Below are positions 26,353-36,121 of a stretch of 64,000 nt of DNA, piece by piece. The notes beneath the pieces were generated by a model that was given only the letters and a program-made list of their open reading frames with translations, did no database searches and was not told the DNA's origin. The first letter of the stretch is position 1. Each line of letters begins with the position of its first letter. A program made the translations under genes and the position numbers. The DNA lies in the NCBI GenBank assembly GCA_965200955.1, contig OZ241742.1:702831-766830 (forward strand), given 5' to 3'. The stretch is from Rhodothermales bacterium. GTDB lineage: Bacteria; Bacteroidota; Rhodothermia; Rhodothermales; Bin80.

Positions 26353-26698
26353 TAATGATTTTCAAGGTGTTGGCATTGATGTCACTGGCTCGCAGGATAT
26401 AGAATCGTACGCTCATGCAGAACACCGACGATTATTTGAAAAAAAGGAGGCTAGTCACAAAAGAAACCAACAATTTAAGATAAATTTCCATTGGGTGTCT
26501 CTTGTCGGATTGTGGATTGGGTTTCTTGTCATCCTTGCTTTCATTGTGGTGTGGACTTGGCATATTTTAATGCCTGAATCTCGACATTTTGTTTCAGATG
26601 CGAAGATGGATACTATTGAGGCTGTCATTCTATCAATTATAGGCTCATCTGCATTTACTTTTTATGCTCATAATATGATCCGCAAACTTAACGATTGA
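26342..26698 (+). CDS. small 2-TM membrane protein, candidate toxin partner of the Panacea protein
   Basis: 118 aa: a hydrophilic N-terminus, then WVSLVGLWIGFLVILAFIVVWTW and AVILSIIGSSAFTFYA. Translationally overlapped with the upstream gene. A frameshifted paralogue lies at 54830-55215. Confidence 0.6.
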   Translation: MNHDNDFQGVGIDVTGSQDIESYAHAEHRRLFEKKEASHKRNQQFKINFHWVSLVGLWIGFLVILAFIVVWTWHILMPESRHFVSDAKMDTIEAVILSIIGSSAFTFYAHNMIRKLND

Positions 26699-26812
26699 TC
26701 CTTTCAAAATCATATCCTCTGAAACTGATCAATTTGTAGCAACATCCCCCCCCCCTAAAATTCCAGAAATTTTGGTAATCAGGCTACTGACATCGTTATT
26801 TCTCATTATTCA

Positions 26813-27739
26813 ATGACTCAAACATTCTATAATCATAACATCCTATCCTTCATGTTAGGATTTATAATACTCACCATTCCTATAATAGCGGTGGTAGATA
26901 CAAATGCTCAGAATTGGGTAGAAATACTTACATCGGGCATTGACCGGGAAATCCAGCACGCCCATGAACAATTTCTGCAGTATAATCAACACCTCCATGA
27001 AATGCGGATGCTCGAAATGGAGATTAGAGAAGAACGAAGACAGTCCTTTATGCTTTCTGCACTTCAAGGTTTTCCCGGGTCACAATACTTGATTGGAATG
27101 ATGTTATTGGAGGAAGGTGGTACGGCTAACGAAACAGATGCAGCTCGTTGGTTACATCTTTCTGCCGAGCAAGGATTCGCAGATGCCCAAGCCGCCCTTG
27201 GATACCTTTATCAATCAGGTGTCGGGGTTTCAAGTGATCCGAGAGAGTCAGTGAAGTATTTTCAACTTGCAGCAGATCAGAATCACCACGAGGCTGAGTT
27301 TCAACTTGGCATTGCATATTACCACGGATTGGGTATTGTTGCGGATTCTATTCTATCATTGGAGTATATTCAAAATGCTGCCCAAAATGGATATGCACAG
27401 GCTCAACATTATATGGGCATTACTTATTTACAAGGAATAGGAACCGAAATAGATGAAGAAAAGGGATTTGAATGGATTCAAAAGGCACCCCCTGAAATAT
27501 GCCAAATCTTTGAAACCTGTATTTATTTAGGCGTACTCAATTTGGGAGAGGGTATTTCAATCAACCGTGAAAAAGCATTGCTGTACTTCTCATTAGCCAA
27601 TGATCAGATAGAAATGCGTAATACAGTAGTAAGTATTGGAGATGATCTCTCCAAAGATATACAGCATACCTTTGAAAAAACAACACCAATTATGTTGTTT
27701 ACCTTGCTGATGAACTTGGACATCCTCATGGGAAGATGA
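26813..27739 (+). CDS. Sel1-repeat (TPR-like) protein with N-terminal membrane anchor
   Basis: Repeated A.QG...AQ..LG..Y..G.GV units (AEQGFADAQAALGYLYQSGVGV, ADQNHHEAEFQLGIAYYHGLGI, AQNGYAQAQHYMGITYLQGIGT). N-terminal TM ILSFMLGFIILTIPIIAVV. Confidence 0.8.
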   Translation: MTQTFYNHNILSFMLGFIILTIPIIAVVDTNAQNWVEILTSGIDREIQHAHEQFLQYNQHLHEMRMLEMEIREERRQSFMLSALQGFPGSQYLIGMMLLEEGGTANETDAARWLHLSAEQGFADAQAALGYLYQSGVGVSSDPRESVKYFQLAADQNHHEAEFQLGIAYYHGLGIVADSILSLEYIQNAAQNGYAQAQHYMGITYLQGIGTEIDEEKGFEWIQKAPPEICQIFETCIYLGVLNLGEGISINREKALLYFSLANDQIEMRNTVVSIGDDLSKDIQHTFEKTTPIMLFTLLMNLDILMGR

Positions 27740-28049
27740 AAGCAGATTCATTGGTCAGTACAATTTCTGAGAGGGAAACTCGGCGTGCAGTAAGACGAAA
27801 TGTAAAAAATTTGCTGAGCAAGTTTTTTGAGAAAAACGAATAAACCTTACAAGAAATAACCATAGAGGTCTTGAGATTGTCATCATCAAATGGTAACTCT
27901 CTTTGTAGTTAATTACTATAAATTACACTGTAATGATCATCATTCAAACGAGTTTGTTCTTATGAATGACCATCTGATGACATAACCTGATTTGCTCACT
28001 ATATTTCATTCCTCTCGAAAAAGCCATTTAATTACCTGATATTGATCAC

Positions 28050-28643
28050 ATGTTTACAGGTCTCATTGAGCAGGTAGGTCGCTTAACAAGTACATGCGAT
28101 ACCCGTCATGGACGGGAACTTACTATACAATGTGCACTCTCCTCTGAGTTATCCATAGGGCAAAGTATTGCAATTAATGGTGCATGTCTCAGTGTTACGG
28201 ATTGTTACAGTGATACCTTTAATGTGACGGCTGTCCCCGAAACCATCTCAAAAACCACACTTGGACAAATCGAGCCAAATACATTGCTCAACCTTGAGCG
28301 AGCGATGATGCTAAATTCCCGCTTAGATGGACATCTGGTTCAGGGACATATTGACACAATAGCAGAAATCACCCGAGTATTTCATCAACAAGATGCACGC
28401 ATCTATGAGTTATTTATTTCTGACCAATTTTCTAAATTGATTGTCCCCCGGGGGTCTATCACAATTGATGGTATCAGTCTAACCATTGCAGACATCTCCG
28501 ATAAGTCAACGATCTCAATAGCTATTATTCCCCACACCTATGAACATACGAATGTAGCATCATGGCTTGTGGGTACATCTTGTAATATAGAATTTGATAT
28601 ACTCGGTAAGTATGTTGCACAGCACATAGCAGTTCACAGATAG
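28050..28643 (+). CDS. ribE: riboflavin synthase alpha chain
   Basis: MFTGLIEQVGRL start, duplicated lumazine-binding barrel (GQSIAINGACLSV / GSITIDGISLTI), 197 aa. Confidence 0.92.
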   Translation: MFTGLIEQVGRLTSTCDTRHGRELTIQCALSSELSIGQSIAINGACLSVTDCYSDTFNVTAVPETISKTTLGQIEPNTLLNLERAMMLNSRLDGHLVQGHIDTIAEITRVFHQQDARIYELFISDQFSKLIVPRGSITIDGISLTIADISDKSTISIAIIPHTYEHTNVASWLVGTSCNIEFDILGKYVAQHIAVHR

Positions 28644-29319
28644 TATTTTGGTAATGTAAAGCAAAATCTGTAATCCAACCCCAGTGGATAGGATACCTAC
28701 AAAAATGCCGGCCTCTGCATTTCAAGATTGGACGAAAGAGATATCAAAGTATTTCGATAGAGGTGGGTAAGATCAAGTCTATTTCTTGACCATCATGGTT
28801 CTATGACTTGTGTCTGTGGAAGACGAAAATCCATCAGTGCAATTTCAAATCTCAAACATCAAATGTATTGATTATGTTTAGAACAGAACAGATAGAGTAC
28901 CTCCTAGAGATGAGAACGATGCATATTATGAGTAGATCTTCCCAATGGTTGATGTCCTCGATAACTCTGGTATCCTTAGTGAGTGAACTAAGGATTAGTG
29001 AATGAGTAATTATATTGATCATAGATAGATCTATCTATTTATATTTAATGATAGCCTTCATTAGAGAATTTTACGGATGCTCACACATAATTAAGTATGG
29101 TTGGTCCCTCAATCTTTCATTGTGCCCCAGCCATCTATTTGAAGATTATGGATTTCATAAACCCCCGTGAATTTGATCTTATGAACACTATCTCTCATAT
29201 CAAGCATGCACCAAATTATTCAATCACTTCAAGAATGCTTGGGATCATATCTAAGTTGATAAATGCTTTGGCCAGGGTTCCATTGATGGCCTACCGAAAA
29301 CAAAAACAACAGTGATAGG

Positions 29320-30797
29320 ATGGCTAATGAGACTTCACATAAAATCTGGAATATAGATACAGGAATTGAAGACTTTACAGAGGATCCCAATGAATTGGCA
29401 TCTTCAGAAGCTCTTGGAATCAAAGCGAGTTGGGAGAAACAACAACATCAATTAAAAGAAAATCAGGAGTCAATAGATGAGTTCATTGAAAGGCTTGGCA
29501 GAGAGTGGGCTATTGAAACTGGAGTGATTGAAAATCTTTATTCCATTGATAGAGGTGTGACCACAACACTCATGAGTATGGATTTAAGCCAGAGTATATC
29601 CATCATGGTTCGGTCAATAAACCACGGGAGTACGTTCTTAGTTTGCTTAAAGATCAAAAAGACTCCTACGATGATTTGTTTGCCTTCATCAAAGAAGATC
29701 GACAACTCACGACCTCGTACGTCAAAGAACTGCATGCTTCCTTACTCAGGAGTCAGGAAACTGCAGAAGGAAGAGATATATTTGGGAGATCTTTAAATAT
29801 TCCCATCATTAAAGGTGACTGGAAAAAACGCGAAAAATTTCCAGTTCGCGACGGAGTAAAATATGTTTATTGTTCTCCAGAACATGTTCAATCCGAAATG
29901 GATCGGTTGCTTCAACTTCACAATCATCATATTCAAGATGGAGTTTCAGGTGAAGTTCAAGCCGCATGGTTGCATCATAGATTTACCCAAATCCATCCAT
30001 TTCAGGACGGCAACGGGCGAGTAGCTAGGGCTCTGGCTTCATTGGCTTTGCTCAAAAACGGATTATTCCCTCTGATCATCATTAGAGATGACCGAGCAAA
30101 TTACATTAAAGCACTTGAAGAAGCGGACAATGGCAACCTACAATCCGTGATAAATATCTTTGTAAAGTCGCAGAGGATGCAGTTTAGAAAAGCCTCTAAA
30201 ATTGGAGAAATTACGTATGGAAGCATACCAAGTACTGATTCTGCACTTACAATTCTTCAAGCATCCGCCAATGCATACAATGATAAATCAAAAAGAAAAC
30301 TATTAAGTCACTCGTCGGAAATCGAAACAGAATTGAAAAGCCAACTGAATAAGCTCGTTCCCAAAATCAAAGATATTCTTGAACAAATTCATTCCCCAAC
30401 AACTGTATATATTCAGGAATCAGATGAAAAAACAGATCACTACTATCGCTATCAGATCATCAATAATGCTAAACTTTGGGAATATTATGCGAATACTGAT
30501 ATATATCGTTACTGGGTTGATTTACGCATGTATTGGACTCGGAGGGCACGCCTCGTATTTAGTATACATGGAATAGGAAAGCCTACTAACCTTGAAGCAT
30601 TGGTATGTTCTCCATTTCTAGATCTTAAAGATATTGTTAAAGATGACGAAGAGGCAATGACATTACTCATTCCTGTGGCTGAAGATGGATTTATTTTCTT
30701 CAAAAATGAAGAATCAGAGCAAATTAGGAAGCGTTTTCTGATGTGGTTGGATCAGGTATTGAGTACATTTTTGATAGAATTATCAAGGAATCTGTAG
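29320..30797 (+). pseudogene. Fic-family protein (HPFQDGNGR core) with an apparent 1-nt frameshift near 29575-29585
   Basis: The N-terminal frame (29320-) encodes ..ETGVIENLYSIDRGVTTTLMSM. The downstream frame, open from 29553, encodes GFKPEYIHHGSVNKPREYVLSLLKDQKD...HPFQDGNGRVARAL. The two halves read as one Fic protein only if one base is added. Confidence 0.75.
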
Positions 30798-30911
30798 AAG
30801 TATTCATGGTCCGATGACATACTGAACGCAATTATGGCATGGATTTTCATCCACAAGAGCAATGAAGCATGTATCAGAAATCACCCTTATTCTATCAAAA
30901 TAATCGCAGCG

Positions 30912-32870
30912 TTATAACTGGTCAATAATGGCTTGAATTTTATCCAGTTGTTCCATTTTTTCTAGGTATTCTGAATAAGCATTTTTTGCTCCCTTGATCA
31001 AGGATTGGTAATGAACAACCCGACTTCCTGGAGAAACTGCCTCCATAGATGCTTTTAACCTACCTGGGTTATCTTTTTCCTCGTCAAGAGGCTTTCCAAG
31101 TACAAAAACAACTTCAATATCAGGAGAAATCTCTCCCTCTTCTAACAGAATTCTTTTTAGTTTATCCACATATGTTTGGCCCTGTTGAAGTAGTTCAAGA
31201 AGCTTTACTTTTCTATGTGCCCGTTTTAATTCAACAATAATATGTCTTCCTGCAATGGTTCGATAGGCGATGTCTACACGGGCAAGTGCATTTTTTTCGT
31301 CTGGATCATCTATGATTACTTTGGCCTGAGTTAGCCGTGATTCCATTCGAGTACTGGAGGTAACGGCCTCCCATGCTGGATCTAATAACCATAAATTGTT
31401 AAAGAGATATTTTTGAATCCGTTGCTCTTTAACATTCTCGTCAATGAGATTCTGAAAAACTTCGATAACATCAAGGCGTGATTTAACAATGTCTCGATAA
31501 TAGGAGGCCTCTAATACGTCTCTGTCTGCCAGAATTTTTAAGAGTTTACCGGTATTAGATAAGTTCTCAACTAAGGTCTCCGTAGATCCACGGAGTTTCA
31601 TTCGTTCAAACGCAAGGATTCCATGTTTATACAAAATCTTACGATCGTTTTCATCATCTAATGGTAGAGTCCCTAAACGGACCATCAGTTTTTCTGCCTG
31701 CTCTCTGAGCCCTTCATTGAACGATTCAAACCATTCTACCAGAGCTGGAACTCTGTCTTGAATCTCCTTAAGACTGTGATCTCCTCGCCATTTTGTCCAA
31801 TACACCTCCACCTCTTGAAGGCGGTTCTTAAGAAAATTCAATATTTCTGTAAAGCGAGGATCATCCTCTTGGATACGCTGGCGATCGCTTGTCGCTATAT
31901 CAGGTTGATGATTATCATCTAAAAAATCAGCCTCAATTTGCCCCGTCAGATATTTGGTGTATAGCCTTCCATCATTGACTTTGTCGAGGATATTTTCATG
32001 AAAAAGGCGCCCTCGCGAAAAAATCACAATACCATTGAGGCTACCTATATCCGAACGGTCAAGTTGCTTAGGTTTGTGAACTGTAGCAATCCAACCTCGG
32101 ATGTTCCATTTTTGAGGCCACTCGCCAATCCGGTTTGAAAGATTTTTTTGCATGTCAAGGTTTGGCATAGATTGCTCGTCTAAATCCGTGTCTCCAAATG
32201 TCCACAAAAACTGAAGATTCGCGAGTTCTTCCCGATCTTCACGGGCGATCAGCTCATTATTGATGGTAATTCTAAAATCATTTGCATCTCCAATAACGGT
32301 AAAACGGCGTGCTAGCCTTTTCCGTAGAGCAGTAATACCGGGAGATAGCCTCTGCCTTTTCACTTCCTTGAGAGTAATTTGAGTACCTCTTGTGAAGCCA
32401 ACTTCATTACAATCTAATGGCTCTGGAGAGTAGGTTTGTTGTCCAGTTTCAATGGCTTCTCTGATTTGATTAGTACTCATGCAGAAGCCATAACACTGGC
32501 CATCTTTTATGGATCTTACTTCAATGATTTCTGCAATGGAAAACAATGAGAGTTTTCCAAGTCCCTTTCGCCCCATGACTGGCCTCCCTCTAAGTGTATG
32601 GTTTCCATTATTGCTATCGTAATCTCGCCTGCGATACCCAACACGAAGGAATTTCTGATTTATGTCCTCAACAGTCATTCCGATACCATCGTCAAGAATA
32701 GAAATTTGTTTAGATCGTTCATCAATCGTGATGGTCACATTCTCTGCATCCGCATCCCATGTATTGGCCACGACCTCCGTTAATACTGCTGCGATGTTAC
32801 TGTATAGATTGATACCTAAATGATCAAGCACATTTAAGTCAATCGTCATCCGAAAAAGATCTTGATTCAT
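30912..32870 (-). CDS. GHKL (Hsp90/MORC-like HATPase_c_3) ATPase with C-terminal PD-(D/E)xK-like nuclease-type region
   Basis: Bergerat motifs TEVVANTWDA, ILDDGIGMT and GRKGLGKLS at the N-terminus. A long helical middle region. C-terminus RVDIAYRTIAGRHIIVELKRAHRK (D...ELK). Confidence 0.7.
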   Translation of the reverse strand: MNQDLFRMTIDLNVLDHLGINLYSNIAAVLTEVVANTWDADAENVTITIDERSKQISILDDGIGMTVEDINQKFLRVGYRRRDYDSNNGNHTLRGRPVMGRKGLGKLSLFSIAEIIEVRSIKDGQCYGFCMSTNQIREAIETGQQTYSPEPLDCNEVGFTRGTQITLKEVKRQRLSPGITALRKRLARRFTVIGDANDFRITINNELIAREDREELANLQFLWTFGDTDLDEQSMPNLDMQKNLSNRIGEWPQKWNIRGWIATVHKPKQLDRSDIGSLNGIVIFSRGRLFHENILDKVNDGRLYTKYLTGQIEADFLDDNHQPDIATSDRQRIQEDDPRFTEILNFLKNRLQEVEVYWTKWRGDHSLKEIQDRVPALVEWFESFNEGLREQAEKLMVRLGTLPLDDENDRKILYKHGILAFERMKLRGSTETLVENLSNTGKLLKILADRDVLEASYYRDIVKSRLDVIEVFQNLIDENVKEQRIQKYLFNNLWLLDPAWEAVTSSTRMESRLTQAKVIIDDPDEKNALARVDIAYRTIAGRHIIVELKRAHRKVKLLELLQQGQTYVDKLKRILLEEGEISPDIEVVFVLGKPLDEEKDNPGRLKASMEAVSPGSRVVHYQSLIKGAKNAYSEYLEKMEQLDKIQAIIDQL

Positions 32871-33331
32871 AGGGACTGCTCCTCTTGAATGATGGTAGAT
32901 TGATCGATTAATTTAAGAAAGGGTTGGTACATATATGTAGAACCTTCTATCTCAGTAAAGAATGACTATTAGCTAGTTGAGCTGTAGTTAACCGTGTTTG
33001 AACATATAAACCAAACAACTGATCATGCCCAATCATCATACAAGTCAATCAATAGATATGGAAGACTCATCATATTATTCATACGTTTCGGGAAAACTTT
33101 CCAAGAGTCCATCTCTCCAGAAAGAAAACAGAGTCATGGATTCAATGCCAAATGACCCGTTGTTGGTACCTGCAAAATGAGTCATTCTGTAGGTACAACG
33201 AAATTCATCTCATTCTCCTAAGACCGTAAATAGGTAACCAGAAGGTTTTAAAGCATTTCAAAAATGGCAATCATCATGATACATCCAGTCCTTTTTAATC
33301 ATGGAGGTTGGAACGTACAGAATAAAATCTT

Positions 33332-34731
33332 GGGGCTTCCGTTTTTTAAGTGGGTGAAGCACGAAAAAGAGGGTAAACGATCCGTGTGAAAATGAGGTTC
33401 AAAAAGGATAGTTAAAGTATATTGGGTGTTTGACAACCAACCACCAAATTCTTTTTTTTATCATGGCCTTAAAAATCACAGATATTAATGATCTTCTTGG
33501 ATTAGGATCTCCTTGGGAGATTTTGGAGATTGAGCAAGATCGCCCCAATCAAACGGCGAAGATTCATGTACAGCTTCCACCTACTATCCAGCTCTGCTGC
33601 CCGAAGTGTGATAAGAAGTGTCCAGGTTACGATCATCGCAAGCGTAAATGGCGACACACGAAGATCTGTGATTATCGTACAGTCGTTGTGGCGAATGTCC
33701 CCCGTGTCCACTGTCCAGAACATGGAGTGATAACGATTTCAGTGCCTTGGGCAGATGCACAGGTTCAATACACGAGGCAATTTGAGGCCCATGTGATTGA
33801 CTTGTTGCATGATGCAACCAGTCATCATGCGGTGGCGAAGCGTACGGGGGTGAGTTGGACGATGATCTCCAACATCGTGGACCGTGCAGTGGAGCGTGGA
33901 ATCGCCCGCAAAGAGCAGGAGAAAGTGGAGCATATCTGCGTAGATGAGATTGCTTCCAAGAAAGGGCATAACTATGTGACGATCGTGTCGGATCCAGTGC
34001 GGGGCAAAGTGCTCCATGTGGCTCAGGGGCGCAAAATAAAGAGTTTAGTGTCCTACTATAATACATGTTCAACCGAGCAACTGGATGCCCTCAAGAGCGT
34101 GAGTATGGATATGTGGCCTGCTTATATTCGTGCGACCCAATCATGCGTGCCTAATGCAGATCAAAAGATTGCATTTGATCATTTTCATGTGACAAAATAC
34201 ATCATAGATGGAGTCGATACCGTTCGTAAACAGGAGAATGCGATCTTGAAGAAAGAAGGCATTTTGGATCTGGTTGGAACCAAGTATGACTGGTTAACCA
34301 ACCAAGAGAATATGTCGGCAAAACAAAAGAAACGATTCTATCGGTTAAAAACAAGTTCGTTGAAAACAGCCCGTGCTTGGGCCATGAAAGAAATGAACAA
34401 GAAGCTGTGGAACTACAGGAATCGGACTTGGGCACGCAAAGGTTGGAAGCGCTGGTTGGGATGGCTTGACAGAAGTCAGTTGGATCCTATGAGAAAGGTC
34501 TCTAAGACCATCAAAAATCATCTCTGGGGAATTATGAATGCCATCATTCTCAATGTGAGTAATGGCCCAGCAGAAAGCATGAATAGTCGGATTAAAGCGA
34601 TCAAAGTTCGTGCACGAGGATTCCGAAATCAAGAGCGGTTTGCAAATGCAATTTACTTCCATCTGGGTGGTCTGGATTTATATCCAGTAGGCTATCAGAA
34701 TCGGTAAACCCACCGAAAAAGTGGAAGAACC
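33332..34731 (+). mobile_element. intact ISL3-family insertion sequence with 8-bp target-site duplication AAAATCTT
   Basis: IRL GGGGCTTCCGTTTTTTAAGTGGG (33332-) versus the reverse complement of IRR GGTTCTTCCACTTTTTCGGTGGG (ends 34731), 17/23 matches. AAAATCTT is present at 33324-33331 and at 34732-34739. Confidence 0.9.
33463..34707 (+). CDS. ISL3-family transposase
   Basis: N-terminal zinc-finger (CCPKCDKKCPGYDH...HCPEHG), HTH, and DDE region (HICVDEIASKKGHNYVTIV...VSMDMWPAYI...GPAESMNSRIK). The ATG at 33463 is preferred to the TTG at 33430. Confidence 0.9.
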   Translation: MALKITDINDLLGLGSPWEILEIEQDRPNQTAKIHVQLPPTIQLCCPKCDKKCPGYDHRKRKWRHTKICDYRTVVVANVPRVHCPEHGVITISVPWADAQVQYTRQFEAHVIDLLHDATSHHAVAKRTGVSWTMISNIVDRAVERGIARKEQEKVEHICVDEIASKKGHNYVTIVSDPVRGKVLHVAQGRKIKSLVSYYNTCSTEQLDALKSVSMDMWPAYIRATQSCVPNADQKIAFDHFHVTKYIIDGVDTVRKQENAILKKEGILDLVGTKYDWLTNQENMSAKQKKRFYRLKTSSLKTARAWAMKEMNKKLWNYRNRTWARKGWKRWLGWLDRSQLDPMRKVSKTIKNHLWGIMNAIILNVSNGPAESMNSRIKAIKVRARGFRNQERFANAIYFHLGGLDLYPVGYQNR

Positions 34732-34738
34732 AAAATCT

Positions 34739-36121
34739 TTACTTGTCTTCCTCTGGTAAATTCCAATTGAAATTAGCAAAGGTGTAATACGGTTTAGAAC
34801 CTGAGAGGCGGCTGATATAAAGAGCTAATTCTCTGAGATGATAGTCTCCCCACATGACACTCTCCCCATATGCAATCTTTGATCCTTCTGGGATATAATC
34901 CCAACGCCGCGGCCAATGATAAATGCTATGCAGAAGTAGACCTTGATGTTGTGGATCGGTACTCAGATAAGGGGCTTGAAATAAACTATAAGCGGTCTTA
35001 CGACCAGCTCTTGTGTATTTGCTTCCTGATTCTCCCATGATTTCACCAAGTCGTAACAACCCCTGAGCAGCAATGGCTGCCGCAGAACTATCAACAGGCT
35101 CCTTATCATTAAATGGATCGGCTTCCCTTCCAGACCAATCCCCTAACTCATATAACCCCGGTGCACCTGTATCCCAGTATGGAATTCCACAGGTCGGCGA
35201 ACTTTCTATGTAGTAGTCAGATGCATACTGCAGCGTCGTCAGTAATTCATCCTCAATGGTTCCGCAACGCTTTATTATATGCTCTGGCAACATTTTGAAA
35301 AACTCCAGCATCTCTGCATATCCTAAAATGATCCAAGCTAATCCACGCGTCCAAGTCGTGAATGGAGAATAGCCCTGTTGAGTAGAGAGACATCGAAAGG
35401 TCAAGGAACGAGTATTGAAGATGGCCTCATGAGCAACGCGTCCAGATGAAGAATATCCATCCAACGGCTGATCCGATGAAACAAGATAGCGAGATGTCGT
35501 CCGAATGTGAGCAACAATCCTTTCCAGTAAACAATAACTCTCTCCCTGCTCTCCATGAATAACACCCCCTAATAAATAGGCAATGGCAAGAGACCTCAGC
35601 GACCGTATCGTATCTGCAAAAAGAGAGTGCGGACCATTGAAAGAGTGTACGAATCCATAACCTTCACCAAGTGCGGTCCACCGATGTGCCTGAACAATTC
35701 CACTGGTCAGTAATGCTTGCACATAATATCTACGTTCCCAATCGTAATGAGGACTATACTCTTCATCAATGTGACGGAGAAGGTTTCCATAGGTGCTGGT
35801 CACGGTAAAACCATGATCGTGGACTCCAAAATCTGTTAGGCGCGGCTCAATCCATTTTTTGGTTGCTTCGCACCCATAATCATGAATCAGTGGTGATTCA
35901 GAAGCCTCCGATTGCAGGATAATAGATCCAATCCTGAAACCTCTTGTCCAATCAGTCCAGTGTTGAGATGTGTAATGTCCATTACGGGTGAACACCAATG
36001 CTTCTGATCCCGAACTATTGCCCGACTCAATAGCACCCAACTTGTGGTCGGAAACAGCCCACATAGTCTTGATGGGTTGTACAAAATCTTCTAAGGGGAT
36101 GAGTTTAGTAGTATCAATCAT
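34739..36121 (-). CDS. glycoside hydrolase family 88-like unsaturated glucuronyl hydrolase
   Basis: (alpha/alpha)6-type hydrolase signatures WTRGLAWIILGYAEM, IPYWDTGAPG and VDSSAAAIAAQGLLRLG. The family call is from memory of GH88 motifs. Confidence 0.65.
   Translation of the reverse strand: MIDTTKLIPLEDFVQPIKTMWAVSDHKLGAIESGNSSGSEALVFTRNGHYTSQHWTDWTRGFRIGSIILQSEASESPLIHDYGCEATKKWIEPRLTDFGVHDHGFTVTSTYGNLLRHIDEEYSPHYDWERRYYVQALLTSGIVQAHRWTALGEGYGFVHSFNGPHSLFADTIRSLRSLAIAYLLGGVIHGEQGESYCLLERIVAHIRTTSRYLVSSDQPLDGYSSSGRVAHEAIFNTRSLTFRCLSTQQGYSPFTTWTRGLAWIILGYAEMLEFFKMLPEHIIKRCGTIEDELLTTLQYASDYYIESSPTCGIPYWDTGAPGLYELGDWSGREADPFNDKEPVDSSAAAIAAQGLLRLGEIMGESGSKYTRAGRKTAYSLFQAPYLSTDPQHQGLLLHSIYHWPRRWDYIPEGSKIAYGESVMWGDYHLRELALYISRLSGSKPYYTFANFNWNLPEEDK

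Noticed and set aside
27736-27843. 35-codon ORF (MKADSLVSTISERETRRAVRRNVKNLLSKFFEKNE) whose ATG overlaps the Sel1-repeat gene stop (ATGA).
   Set aside because: It is too short to support without conservation or expression data. It is noted only because of the coupling-type overlap.
27740-28049. Looked for an FMN (RFN) riboswitch in the 310-bp leader upstream of ribE.
   Set aside because: None of the conserved RFN core segments or the multi-stem arrangement could be recognised by eye. The region is simply AT-rich.
29021-29038. Perfect 18-bp palindrome ATAGATAGATCTATCTAT about 280 bp upstream of the Fic start.
   Set aside because: It is a single occurrence in an AT-rich spacer with simple ATAG/CTAT repeat composition. 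No regulator or second copy ties it to a function.
33584-34072. 162-aa antisense ORF inside the ISL3 transposase gene. It recurs almost identically at 62318-62806, which at first looks like conservation.
   Set aside because: The recurrence is simply because the whole IS is duplicated. The composition is R/S/H/P-rich and not protein-like, and the ORF lies fully antisense to a well-supported transposase frame.
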